A DNA stretch of 64,000 nucleotides from Tidjanibacter sp. (GCA_045576155.1 JAZNFV010000016.1:20654-84653); one strand, 5' to 3'; counted from the first letter of the stretch, positions 10,531 through 20,412 are shown. Program-made: numbers and translations. Notes: generated from the sequence alone by a model not told the origin.

Positions 10531-12177
10531 CTAATTTTGTTCCTTCACGCACCTAACCGATGCACCATAGCAACGTGCGCCATAGGAGTACCACGCAGCC
10601 ATCTCAGCACCGTCCATAAGAGGATAGATGCCGTAGTAGATGTCTTCGAAAGCCACGAAAAGCGTTGCCGCCTTGCCAAAGCCCTGATAGCCACTACCAA
10701 AGCTCTCCGATGTCCAATAGAGCATCCTCTCGCTCGTCTCGCCCATAAGGCCCGACACATCGAAGTTGCCCACGCTGGGGAAGTAGTCGCCATTGCCACC
10801 GCTCCACGTCCAACCGTAGTCGGCAGCCTCCCAGTCGCGACCCACATAGGAGCAAGCGTAGCCCGCAGGAATCTCGCCAAAAGCACCAACAGGAGGCACT
10901 ACATAGCCCACTGGGCAGGGGTCGAAGATAGTCTTATAGTCGCTACCTCGCTCGCCACTACCCCAAAGGTTGGAGTCGGACTGCTGCATAAGGCCACCAA
11001 CGCCCTCCAAATCCTGCAACAAGTACCAGTCGAAGACATACTCGCCAATGGGAATATCGACCCTGCAACCGAGGAAGGTGGTGGGATTCTGCAAAGCGTA
11101 GTCTATATTGCCGGGGGCGCGGAGTGCCACAGGGGCAATCTCGCCCACATAGCTCCACTCAAAAATACCCTCGCCCCTCTGCTCGTTGTTCACATTGAGC
11201 ACCGCGCGCACAGCCTCAATCTCGGCCTGCACTCTCTCATACTCCTCCTCGCTCTCCAAGATGTTGAAATCCTCGTCGTGGCGATGGGTGGGCACACTCT
11301 GATACTCCACTGGCGAGGGCAGGAAGGGCTCTTTGCGACCCCACTGGTAGAGCATACCACGATTGGCCACATCGCCCACATTGTTGTTCAGTGCGCCCAA
11401 GTTGCGATCCATCCACACCAAGCCATCGGCACTGGTGGATGTGCCAACCTCGTCGGCCACAACCCAAATGTGCCAGCTCCAAAGTATCTGGCCATCGGCA
11501 CTATGGAGTGTCACCAAAGCGTTACCCTCGCTCTTGCCCGTAGCAAAATAAATCTGTTTCTGTTCGGGCAGGTAGAGAGGTGTGCCGTCGATAATCTGTG
11601 TGCTGCGGGTTTTGTCGCCGTCGAAGGTGGCCTCCCACGCCAACTCGGCATAAGATGCGCCCTCAATGCGTGAGCCACAGGCGGCAATGTAGTTGGAGTT
11701 GCCGTCGCGCTTGGCGTTACCCTTGACAGAGGCATCGAAGCGGTAGGTGGAGTTGGGTTTGGCGATGTAGCAGTTGGCCGTACCCTCCTGCGAGAGTATC
11801 TTGGTTTCTGAGCCCTCCTGCAACACTTTCAGGCGTGCTCGGGCCACGTCGGGGTCACTACCGGCAACCACATCAATCACACCCAAGCGGCTTGGGCCAG
11901 AGTTGTTGGCATCGACATAGATGGTTATGGCGTTGCCCTCGACGCTCACATCGAGCCAGTCGATTTGGTGTTGCACCTCCAACTCAATGCGGTTGGAGGC
12001 AATGTAGATAGTCTTGATACCACCCTTCTCGGCAATGGTTGTGGTCTGCGACGAGAGCTCCACAAAGGCGTAGTCAGCCTCGGGCTGCAACACCTCGGCA
12101 GGCTCGTTCTGGCAACCCACCAAAACACCCATCATCAGGGTAGCTAAAAGAATAATATATTGATTATAACGTTTCAT
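10531..12177 (-). CDS. BACON + fimbrial-tip-like lipoprotein (Fibrobacter succinogenes major-domain-like C-terminus)
   Basis: Lipobox LVG-C; motifs TANCYI, ILWSWHIWV, WMDRNLGA, LYQWGRKEPF, DPCPVGYVVP, SVRCVK. Confidence 0.8.
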   Translation of the reverse strand: MKRYNQYIILLATLMMGVLVGCQNEPAEVLQPEADYAFVELSSQTTTIAEKGGIKTIYIASNRIELEVQHQIDWLDVSVEGNAITIYVDANNSGPSRLGVIDVVAGSDPDVARARLKVLQEGSETKILSQEGTANCYIAKPNSTYRFDASVKGNAKRDGNSNYIAACGSRIEGASYAELAWEATFDGDKTRSTQIIDGTPLYLPEQKQIYFATGKSEGNALVTLHSADGQILWSWHIWVVADEVGTSTSADGLVWMDRNLGALNNNVGDVANRGMLYQWGRKEPFLPSPVEYQSVPTHRHDEDFNILESEEEYERVQAEIEAVRAVLNVNNEQRGEGIFEWSYVGEIAPVALRAPGNIDYALQNPTTFLGCRVDIPIGEYVFDWYLLQDLEGVGGLMQQSDSNLWGSGERGSDYKTIFDPCPVGYVVPPVGAFGEIPAGYACSYVGRDWEAADYGWTWSGGNGDYFPSVGNFDVSGLMGETSERMLYWTSESFGSGYQGFGKAATLFVAFEDIYYGIYPLMDGAEMAAWYSYGARCYGASVRCVKEQN

Positions 12178-12228
12178 ATCGTCTTGTTGTTTATTCCTTT
12201 TACACATTCACTTCTCCTCTTTTGCAGA

Positions 12229-15200
12229 CTATTGCCACGATGAGGGCATCAAGTCGTAGTCGTCAAGACCGCTGCACCCGGCAAAGCAATCCTCGTGGGC
12301 CGAGGTGCTGGAAGGCACGGTAAGGAACTCCGTACCTCGTGTACGCTCGTAGAGGTGTACCTTCTGCTCCACTCCGTCATCGCCAACGATAATCGTATAG
12401 GGCGACTCGCCGGTGAGCGAAGAGCAACCATTGAAGCAGCTGTCGATATAGTTGATGCGCCTAACCGTATCGAAGAGCGCTGCGGGCAGGCTCGCAAGCG
12501 AGCTACAACCCATAAAGCACTCCGAAAAAGTGATGCTCGACGTCTTTGTGCCGATGGCAGCAAAGAGCTCGGCGGGCAGCTCGGTCAGCGACTTACAGCC
12601 CGAGAAGGTGCTCTCGAAAGAGGTGATAGCGGGCGACTGAGCGAAGAGCTCGGCAGGAATAGTTTTCAGCGACTTACAATCCTTAAACATACCCTTCACA
12701 GTTGTGATCTTCTCCTTGCTACCAAGCAGGTCGGCAGGCAGACTCTCCAACGAGCTACAACCATTGAAGGTGTCGGAGAACTGGGCGGCCAGACTATTCT
12801 GGGCAAACAGACCTGCGGGGAGCGTTTTCAGCGCGGTGCAATTCTTAAACGTAGCCGTAAACTTGGTTTTCGATGCAGCCAGAGGGTCAAACAACCCCTC
12901 GGGCAAGCTCTCCAAAGCTGTGCAGCCCTCAAATGTGTAGGCCAAAGTGCTCACCGACGAGCTCTCGGGGAATACGCCACTCTCGATGGTGGTCAGGCAG
13001 TCGCAACCATTGAATGTATTTTCAAAGCCCTGAGTTACGGCCGTATTCTTAGCAAACAAGCCCGAGGGCAAGGTCTCGATGGCCGACCCCGAGAAGGCAT
13101 ACTTGAAGCCGGGCGAAGTGACTGCCGTAAAGGTCTCAAAGAGGCCTGCGGGCACAGTTTTCAGGTTTCTACATCCGGCCAACATATAGGAGAAGTCGGC
13201 CGAGGAGTAGTTGCGTGCGTCGGCAAACAGAGCCTCGGGTATGCTCTCCAAGGCGGAGTCCTCAAAGGTCGATTTGAACTCATAGGCGGCAGTCAAACCC
13301 CTAAACAGACCCTCGGGAATCTCTCTGAGCGAGGTGCAACCCGAGAAGCAATACTTAAACGACTTGGCAGCCGTAAGTCCGTCGAACACACCCTCCTCAA
13401 TCTCGCTCAAAGCAACGCAATCTTGGAACACAGCACCGATGGTCTTAACTGCCGAAAGACCCTCAAACAGACCTGCCGAGAGCTTCTCCACACCAGTGCG
13501 GTAGAAGATATATTCGAGGTTAGTGACCGACGAGTTGTTGGTAAACATACCCACAGGCAAATCCTTCAAGCTCGTGCAACCGGCAAAGAGATATTTGATG
13601 TCGGTAGCCGAGGTAGCCTTGCTCAGAAAATCCTTAGGCACGCTATCGAGATTGACACAAGCCGAGAAAGCGCCCGTAAAGATTGTAGCATTGGTGCAGT
13701 AGGAGAACAGAGCTTCGGGCACCTCCTTGATGGCAGTTGCGCCAAACGTGTAGTCGAGTTGTTTGGCTTTTGGACAACCTGCAAAGAGGTCGGCAGGGAT
13801 GCTGGTGAGCTTACCTGCGCTCACAATAGTTTTCAACTCATCGAGGTTGCCCAAAGTAACGTTGGTAACAATGTAGCCCGAGCCTGTGCCGTAGAAGGTG
13901 TAGGAGAAATCTTCGGCAGCAGCGCAGTTGGCAAACAGACCCTCGGGGATGGCACTGATAGAGCCGGAGTGGCTAAAACAGTCCTCAAAATTCTTGGCCA
14001 CAGTGGCGTGGCGGAACAGACCCTCGGGAATTTCCCTAAGGCTCTCGCAGCACGAGAAAGCGCCAATAAACGACTTAACACCCGCAAACGAGCCTGCTAC
14101 ATCGTTGGGAATGCTCTCCAAGTTGTTGCAACCCAAGCACATATCGGCAGCATTGGTCAATCCCAGCAGACCCCACGAAATGATATTCTTCAACTCGGGA
14201 GCCAGATTGTCGCCATCGCTAAACTCCAACGACTTAGCCTCGCCTGTGATTGATATGGTGTAAAGGCCGGGCTCTTTATAGATATGGCTACCGCGACGCG
14301 AGTCGAAAACCTCCACCTCAGAGCCGTCGCCCCAATCAACACTTATCGAGCCACCCGAAGAGAGGGTCAGCACAGGGGCAGCAATCAGCGTATAGTCGGG
14401 CTCGGTAATCTCCACCTCATAGATGAGTTCGTCGGTGTCTGTACCAATCTGATGCACCCTGAGAGTGGCTTTGGCCAAGTTGTCCTCGTCGCCAACCACA
14501 ACCTCCACCGTGCCGAAGCGCTCCAAGCCGTTGGCATTGGATGCCACCGTCACCACAATCTCGCCCTCACCCTTAGTGGCGGTAAACCAGTCGCTACCGT
14601 CGGTCGTAATACCCCATTCAAGCTCGGGGTTGGAGGTGAGTATGATGTGTCTTTCGCCTCCGCCATCGTCGGTGGCCACATTGTGGCTCGAAAGCACCAC
14701 AAAGGCATTACCATCCTGCATAACTGTAAGTTCGTCACAGAGCGCATCCTCCTTGTTGGGCACAGTGAGCCTAATTTTTGTGGTGCGCTGAGCATTGAAC
14801 TTGTTGTCGTCGGCAGTGAGCCTCAGACCCTCCTCGCACTGTTCCACAAGCAACCACGAGCAGGTGCAGTCAAACGACCACTCATCCACATTGCTCTCCA
14901 CAGCCACTATCTGCTGCAACTCCGTATGGGCCTTTACCCTAAGGCTGTTCTGACCCAGCACCACCTCGGCATTGCCCGAATGGTTTTGCCTAACGGCCAC
15001 CTCAAAGCAGGCCTCCTCATCGCCACGCGAGGCCCTAATTTCAATCACACCACTACGAGCCTCTGTGCCACCATTGGCCTCGGCTGCAATGGTCAGGAAG
15101 TAGTCGTCGGCACTCACCGAGAGCCAATCGCCACCCTCAACAACATCGTAGCGCCACTCGGCTTGGTTGGTCAGCACATCGAGCACAACTTCGCCTCCGC

Positions 15201-15387
15201 GAGTGAGGAAACGTACCTCGGCCTTAGCAGCGTCGGCAGCCTCAAAAAATCCGCTCTCGGAACTTACCTCCAATGTCAGGCGACCTTCCGATTGAGGAGG
15301 AACTATCTCCACAGGGAGATCCTCCACACAAGCCACTGCACCAAAAAGCAGGGCCACACTCCACATTATCCTACTGAGTTTTTTCAT
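12229..15387 (-). CDS. BACON + PKD-like + BspA-type leucine-rich-repeat surface lipoprotein
   Basis: Lipobox AVA-C; three BACON-like units; SVDWGDGS; many FxxCxxLxxIPxxLF repeats. GTG at 15393 is an alternative start. Confidence 0.85.
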   Translation of the reverse strand: MKKLSRIMWSVALLFGAVACVEDLPVEIVPPQSEGRLTLEVSSESGFFEAADAAKAEVRFLTRGGEVVLDVLTNQAEWRYDVVEGGDWLSVSADDYFLTIAAEANGGTEARSGVIEIRASRGDEEACFEVAVRQNHSGNAEVVLGQNSLRVKAHTELQQIVAVESNVDEWSFDCTCSWLLVEQCEEGLRLTADDNKFNAQRTTKIRLTVPNKEDALCDELTVMQDGNAFVVLSSHNVATDDGGGERHIILTSNPELEWGITTDGSDWFTATKGEGEIVVTVASNANGLERFGTVEVVVGDEDNLAKATLRVHQIGTDTDELIYEVEITEPDYTLIAAPVLTLSSGGSISVDWGDGSEVEVFDSRRGSHIYKEPGLYTISITGEAKSLEFSDGDNLAPELKNIISWGLLGLTNAADMCLGCNNLESIPNDVAGSFAGVKSFIGAFSCCESLREIPEGLFRHATVAKNFEDCFSHSGSISAIPEGLFANCAAAEDFSYTFYGTGSGYIVTNVTLGNLDELKTIVSAGKLTSIPADLFAGCPKAKQLDYTFGATAIKEVPEALFSYCTNATIFTGAFSACVNLDSVPKDFLSKATSATDIKYLFAGCTSLKDLPVGMFTNNSSVTNLEYIFYRTGVEKLSAGLFEGLSAVKTIGAVFQDCVALSEIEEGVFDGLTAAKSFKYCFSGCTSLREIPEGLFRGLTAAYEFKSTFEDSALESIPEALFADARNYSSADFSYMLAGCRNLKTVPAGLFETFTAVTSPGFKYAFSGSAIETLPSGLFAKNTAVTQGFENTFNGCDCLTTIESGVFPESSSVSTLAYTFEGCTALESLPEGLFDPLAASKTKFTATFKNCTALKTLPAGLFAQNSLAAQFSDTFNGCSSLESLPADLLGSKEKITTVKGMFKDCKSLKTIPAELFAQSPAITSFESTFSGCKSLTELPAELFAAIGTKTSSITFSECFMGCSSLASLPAALFDTVRRINYIDSCFNGCSSLTGESPYTIIVGDDGVEQKVHLYERTRGTEFLTVPSSTSAHEDCFAGCSGLDDYDLMPSSWQ

Positions 15388-15401
15388 CTTCACATCAACA
15401 A

Positions 15402-16568
15402 TTAGAGGTTCGTAGTCATTTCGTCATTATGCTTTCTGAGCGTGATGGGCGACATTGGGAACATTGTGGGGCGATAGTTCGAGCCGAGAGCCACTTTGTT
15501 CTCGTTCTCGTCGTAAGTCCACAAGCCAAAGCCAACATAGTTGAAACCTGCAACAGTGGGCATATCAAAAGCAATCACATTTCCATCCTCCTCGGGCAAG
15601 GCCTCCACCTCGTAGGCCGCAAAGGAGAACTGACGGTCGGAGACCAGAGTGATGTAGAAAAAGACGTTGTAGGAGAATACTGTCCATCCAAAGGGAATCA
15701 CCATACCTCCCGTAGAGCTGTCGTAGCGCACCTCCAACTCAGTGCCGGGGTAGAGAAAATTCTTCATCACCAGCGTCTGGCCATAGACTCCCTCCTCGAT
15801 GTCGAAGATAAGGTAGTAGTCGCTTGGATTGGGCGAGTAGTCGAGGCTATTGAGCGAGCCGTTGGGCGAGTAGAACCACTTTGAGGAGACAATCTCCCAC
15901 TTTCCAACGAGTTTGTAGTAGGGGTTGTTGGCCCTGATGTCCTGCTTCACCTCAATGTCGAGGCTCTCCTGCTGCACACCACTACCCACCGTTAGGCGCA
16001 GCGTTGCAGTCAGAGGCTCTTCTTCGAGGTTGGGAGCTGCCACAACAACAACTTTGTTGTCCTTCTTGTCGCACTCAACACTCAGCCACTCGGCCTGGGT
16101 CTCTACACTCCACTCGTCGTTGGCCACAACCACAAAGCTAATCTCGCCACCCTCGGAGTCGAAAGCATAGTTGGTCGCAGCACTCGTACTCCAAGAGAGC
16201 TCCTGAGCGCCCTCCTGCGAAACAGCCACCTCGTAGGGCTCGAAACGACCCTCGGGACTAACCAAACGGAACGAGGCACTACGAATGGTGGAGGCTGTGT
16301 TGGGCTCAACACTCACCTCTACACCCTCGGCCACACTCTCGATGGTCGCCCACTCGGGCTGCTGGGTAATCTCCAACTTCCACGCCTCCTCCTCGGGGAA
16401 AGGGGCAACCGATAGGAGCTTTGCTCCACCCTCGGCATCGAATACAACACTCTGCTGCGAAAGTGTCAGTCCATAGACAACAATAGGCTCAGGCTTGCTA
16501 CACGAGCTAAGTGCCAGTGCAGTTGCAAGACCGAGCAACAATGCCGACTTCACGACTCTCAATTTCAT
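15402..16568 (-). CDS. BACON-domain lipoprotein
   Basis: Lipobox LSS-C; two BACON-like units (FDAEGG...W...NT...R; FDSEGGE...WLSV). Confidence 0.8.
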   Translation of the reverse strand: MKLRVVKSALLLGLATALALSSCSKPEPIVVYGLTLSQQSVVFDAEGGAKLLSVAPFPEEEAWKLEITQQPEWATIESVAEGVEVSVEPNTASTIRSASFRLVSPEGRFEPYEVAVSQEGAQELSWSTSAATNYAFDSEGGEISFVVVANDEWSVETQAEWLSVECDKKDNKVVVVAAPNLEEEPLTATLRLTVGSGVQQESLDIEVKQDIRANNPYYKLVGKWEIVSSKWFYSPNGSLNSLDYSPNPSDYYLIFDIEEGVYGQTLVMKNFLYPGTELEVRYDSSTGGMVIPFGWTVFSYNVFFYITLVSDRQFSFAAYEVEALPEEDGNVIAFDMPTVAGFNYVGFGLWTYDENENKVALGSNYRPTMFPMSPITLRKHNDEMTTNL

Positions 16569-16653
16569 ATAAATCAATAGGTTATTAGTAAATTTTTCGC
16601 TGAAAAAAAATATATCCGATTAGCCCACTCACAGCAACCGAATATGCAACTTT

Positions 16654-16661
16654 CAAAGTTA
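16654..16661 (-). promoter_or_regulatory. -7 promoter element (TAACTTTG) heading the lipoprotein operon 16568->4595
   Basis: caaagtta on +; about 85 nt upstream of ATG 16568. Confidence 0.55.
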
Positions 16662-16810
16662 GAAAAAATTATATGGTGTTAAAATTACCCCCCCCCGTAA
16701 AATTATTAACAATTTATCAACAATGTATTGTTTGTAAGTGGGTAATGATTAGCGATTTAGGCAAAACTGGGCGGAATCGAAAAGTAGTTGCAGGGGGGCA
16801 TTTTTAGCCA

Positions 16811-17092
16811 TTGGCTGTTAGCTGTTGGCTGTTGGTCGGGAGGGAGGGAGGTTTGGGAATTTAGGGAGGTTAGGAAATAGGGCCTATAAGGCCTATAAGG
16901 CCTATAAGGCCCATAAGGCCTGTAAGCCCTATAACCCTTGCTACCCCTGTGACCCCTATAACCCCTGTTACCCCTGTTACCCCTGTTACCCCTGCCACAA
17001 AAAAAACGCGGGTATCTTTTTTAATACCCGCGTTTTATATTTGCCTTAGGTCGTTAGACGTTAGACGTTAGACCCACAGCCAGAAGGCTGTG
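16811..17092. repeat. Modular intergenic hairpin-minisatellite element, copy 1
   Basis: 7-mer ctgttRg, ttaggga-type 9-mers, (ggcctataa)n, (cccctgtta)n, core aaaacgcgggtat-ctttttta-atacccgcgtttt (17003-17036), (gacgtta)n, cacagc-cagaag-gctgtg. Confidence 0.9.
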
Positions 17093-17110
17093 TTTGTGCA
17101 AAAGTTACCA

Positions 17111-17617
17111 TCAAATCGCACTCGTAAGTGCGGCATTCTCATACACAAACCGCACCCCATCGAACAACTCCACATCTACCCTAACTCGCACAATGCCAGC
17201 GCTATTCCTATCGAGCAGGATTGTTCCCGAGCGCAGGGGGCGGAAGGGAGCGTAGTAGTAGAGCGGGTCTTCATAGACAAAGATGTAGTCGTCGTTGTGG
17301 AACTTGGTTTGCACATCAATCTCATTGCCCAAAAGGTCGGTGCGTAGGCCCACCACAGCATAGGTAGTGGCGGTGAGCACCTCCTCCAAGGGGGAAAGTT
17401 TGAGCATAAAGTATCCCTCATCATCGGTGGTGATGAACGACTCTACGGGTATCTGTTCCTCGCCCAGATGGATGTAGCCATAGGGTGCTTGGGGCTTCTC
17501 CGAGGGCTCAACAGGCTCATCGGGCTGACTACACCCCACAACTCCAAAGCAAACCGCTCCACAGAGCAGGAGTGCGAGCCTCAACGGGCCAAACGAAATA
17601 GAAAAAGGTTTGTTCAT
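17111..17617 (-). CDS. Small lipoprotein of unknown function
   Basis: Lipobox VVG-C; beta-rich; co-directional with neighbours. Confidence 0.7.
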   Translation of the reverse strand: MNKPFSISFGPLRLALLLCGAVCFGVVGCSQPDEPVEPSEKPQAPYGYIHLGEEQIPVESFITTDDEGYFMLKLSPLEEVLTATTYAVVGLRTDLLGNEIDVQTKFHNDDYIFVYEDPLYYYAPFRPLRSGTILLDRNSAGIVRVRVDVELFDGVRFVYENAALTSAI

Positions 17618-17630
17618 ACCTCGCTGATGA

Positions 17631-19193
17631 TTAGTTGATTATGGTTGCTTTGCCGTCGTAGGCGATGTCGCAACCGGCATAGTTGGTAAATTGCACAAAC
17701 AGGTTGCCACTCTCTTGGTTGAGATTGCAGGTCAGAGTGCCACTATAACCATTGGCCTTGCTAAAAGTTTCGCCATTGAAGGTTACGGTAAGGTGGGGGC
17801 TTTGGGAGAAGCCGCGAGCGTTGCCATCGAACATTGTCGAGGGCATAGTCACCAGTGCGCTCTCGCCTGCGTTGGTAGTGAGTGTAACACTCCACACGTC
17901 GCCACTGCAATCGACCTCGGCAGAGACGATGGTGCTCTTTGTGCCGTTGTAGAGGATGTAGTTGGTCTCAACCACAGGCTCATCGAGGGCCGAGCGGCAC
18001 TCGCCCTCAAACTGAATGGCATAACCGACTGTGCCATAGGTCATTTGCAGCTCAACGGCATAGTTGCCCTCCTTTGAACTTTCCACCCTCAGGCTGCCCG
18101 AAGCGCCCTGCATATCGCCACTGGCAATGTCCCATCCTGCGCTGGCATCTACATTATCGACCAAGCCCATAGCAAACTGCCCCGCAGAGAGGCTCTCCAA
18201 GCTCAGCTCTCCTGCGCCCACCTTGGAGCTTTCGATGCAGAGATAGACGTACCACGTAACAATCTCCAAGTCGGCGAAATAGTCCACACCACCGGGGGTG
18301 AAGTAGAGGTAGGTCATACCCTCCTCCTCCAAGTAGAACGAGGCACGTATGGGTTTGCTCTCAGCGCCACGCACGATGCTATTTTCATTGACACTGATTC
18401 CCTTATCGGCCTCTGCCTCCAAATTCACAGCCACCAAAGTGCCGTCTGCCAATTCGAGCGAGGCCACAAAGGTTGCCTTGTCATCCTTCAACGTCAGGCG
18501 GCATTTGCCCCTAACGACCTCCTCGGTCATACCGGGGGCAAGGGTCTCAATCTGGGCCGACAAGAGTGTGGATATGATGGTGTAGGTGCGGTTTTCGGTC
18601 ACGGGGTCGAACTCCTCGCCATTGAGCAGGGGCGATATGGCGGCAAAGAAGTAGTTGTTGGTGGCCAATATCTCCTCCTCGCCCGAAACCCTACGCTCGG
18701 GGGTGGCAACAATGGCCAAGTTTTCGCCCACCATATAGAAGGCCACATTGCTAAACGACGACTGCTGGCCATTGACGAGGAGGCTATTGGTGGCCGTAGC
18801 CTCGGGCAGAGGCTCTACAACGGGTGCGCTCTTGCCCCTCTGCACAACGTTCACAACCACCTGCTTATCCATAGAGGCAAACTTTATGCTACCCCTACGT
18901 TCCTCTTCCGACTTGTTGTCCCAAGCAACAACATTCACACTTGTCTGCTCGGCTGCCTCGCCCGAGAGAGGGCTCACACCGAGCCAATCGCCACCCTCAA
19001 CAACCTCGGCACTCCACTGGTGGGAGGCGCTGATTTGAAGAGTCTGAACAAGGTCGCTCTCGGCCTCAAAGGTTATGGCAGTGGGCGTAACAGTCAGGGT
19101 GGTTGCTTCATCTACCTGTGGCTCTTGGCAGGCAACAAAACCGGCTGTCGCAAATGCCACCAAGAACATCAATTTCTTTGCAATCTGTTTCAT
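17631..19193 (-). CDS. BACON-domain lipoprotein with repeated beta domains
   Basis: Lipobox FVA-C; BACON (DWLGVSP...NKSEEERRGSI). Confidence 0.8.
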   Translation of the reverse strand: MKQIAKKLMFLVAFATAGFVACQEPQVDEATTLTVTPTAITFEAESDLVQTLQISASHQWSAEVVEGGDWLGVSPLSGEAAEQTSVNVVAWDNKSEEERRGSIKFASMDKQVVVNVVQRGKSAPVVEPLPEATATNSLLVNGQQSSFSNVAFYMVGENLAIVATPERRVSGEEEILATNNYFFAAISPLLNGEEFDPVTENRTYTIISTLLSAQIETLAPGMTEEVVRGKCRLTLKDDKATFVASLELADGTLVAVNLEAEADKGISVNENSIVRGAESKPIRASFYLEEEGMTYLYFTPGGVDYFADLEIVTWYVYLCIESSKVGAGELSLESLSAGQFAMGLVDNVDASAGWDIASGDMQGASGSLRVESSKEGNYAVELQMTYGTVGYAIQFEGECRSALDEPVVETNYILYNGTKSTIVSAEVDCSGDVWSVTLTTNAGESALVTMPSTMFDGNARGFSQSPHLTVTFNGETFSKANGYSGTLTCNLNQESGNLFVQFTNYAGCDIAYDGKATIIN

Positions 19194-19219
19194 ATATTAG
19201 TCTTTATTTCAATCACTTA

Positions 19220-20392
19220 CTATTGCAGCACCATAAACTCTTCCATCCTCACATCGGCCTCCACAGCATAGCTCGCCTCGGAGCTATCACTGAGGGTGCA
19301 GACAATCCTATGTGCCCCGTTCTGGTCGCGTTCAACCACAACCCTACCCTCGTCTATACGGGCATAGTTGGGGCCCCACTCTCCTACGGTGAGTTCCACA
19401 TACCACGAGCCCGACCAGTAGGGGTAGGTAAATCGGTTGGGAAGACCGGGGATGAGCGTATAGGGGACTAAATTATCTCGGTCGATGGAGGTGTCGGCAT
19501 TGCGGGTAGTCATCTCGTATGTGCCTGCGGGAATACCCTCGGCCACATCGCTCTGCCAAGAGACAAGCAGGTCAAGACGCAGAAACTCGCCACTTTCGGA
19601 GGGCTTACCCGAGGAGAAATCGACCCCATCGGAGGCCAAAAAGAGCGTAAAGCAACGGTAGCTCTCGTCGCGCAGGTAGTAGATGTCGCCCCTATCCTGC
19701 AAATACATCCTACTCAACCCATTGAGTGTGACATCGGCAGTCAGCGTACTATTGGGCACTTCGGGCTCTACATAGCTCTTTGGCTCTATTGCGCCACTCC
19801 ACGAGAAGCGATGCTTGCGACACTTTTTACCCACCACAACGCCCTCAATCTCGAAGTGGTTGCCCGAGCGGACAATCTCCACAGCGCCATCGTCAAGCAG
19901 GTCGTAGTCCATTGTGGTTGTGCCCTCGGCCACATCGGCCCAGAAGGTTGCATCGGCTATCTCCAAGCGCTCGCCCGGAAGCTCAATCACGTTGGTATAG
20001 CCACTCACAAACGTACCCGACGAGAAGTCGCCCGAATTGGCCTGCGACAAATAGACACCCGCAAGGTAGGCCACATTGGCAGCTTGCTGGCTATCGTAGG
20101 GGGTGTTGAGCAAAATCTGCACCACACTACCCGGCCCAATGGGGTTGCCCGCAGGGTCTATCTCCATATCGGTGTAGAGTTTAATGAGCCAACCGTCGGA
20201 GGTCTGCTCGCCAACGTCGTCGCCCACATAGGCAACCTCGATGTTGGTAAAAACCACCTCGTGGGCTTCTCGTTCAACAAAACCCTCGGGCTGAGAATTG
20301 TCGGTGGGCTGAGAGTTGTCGCAACACACAAACAGCACCGCTACAAGCAGTAGCCACAACGAAATCAAGCCTCTTATAGAAAGTCTATTCAT
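19220..20392 (-). CDS. Lipoprotein of unknown function (two similar halves)
   Basis: Lipobox LFV-C-C; both halves contain AGxY and DxGxVxxxRxG motifs. Confidence 0.7.
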   Translation of the reverse strand: MNRLSIRGLISLWLLLVAVLFVCCDNSQPTDNSQPEGFVEREAHEVVFTNIEVAYVGDDVGEQTSDGWLIKLYTDMEIDPAGNPIGPGSVVQILLNTPYDSQQAANVAYLAGVYLSQANSGDFSSGTFVSGYTNVIELPGERLEIADATFWADVAEGTTTMDYDLLDDGAVEIVRSGNHFEIEGVVVGKKCRKHRFSWSGAIEPKSYVEPEVPNSTLTADVTLNGLSRMYLQDRGDIYYLRDESYRCFTLFLASDGVDFSSGKPSESGEFLRLDLLVSWQSDVAEGIPAGTYEMTTRNADTSIDRDNLVPYTLIPGLPNRFTYPYWSGSWYVELTVGEWGPNYARIDEGRVVVERDQNGAHRIVCTLSDSSEASYAVEADVRMEEFMVLQ

Positions 20393-20412
20393 AATCTTCT
20401 CCACTAATTCAA

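Noticed and set aside
16825-17049. Cys/Pro/Tyr-repeat 'metallothionein-like' peptide, and similar ORFs at 27860-28097, 36674-37072, 40465-40680 and 53771-54124
   Set aside because: Translations of the 9-bp minisatellites; the peptides differ with frame and copy and lack credible starts.
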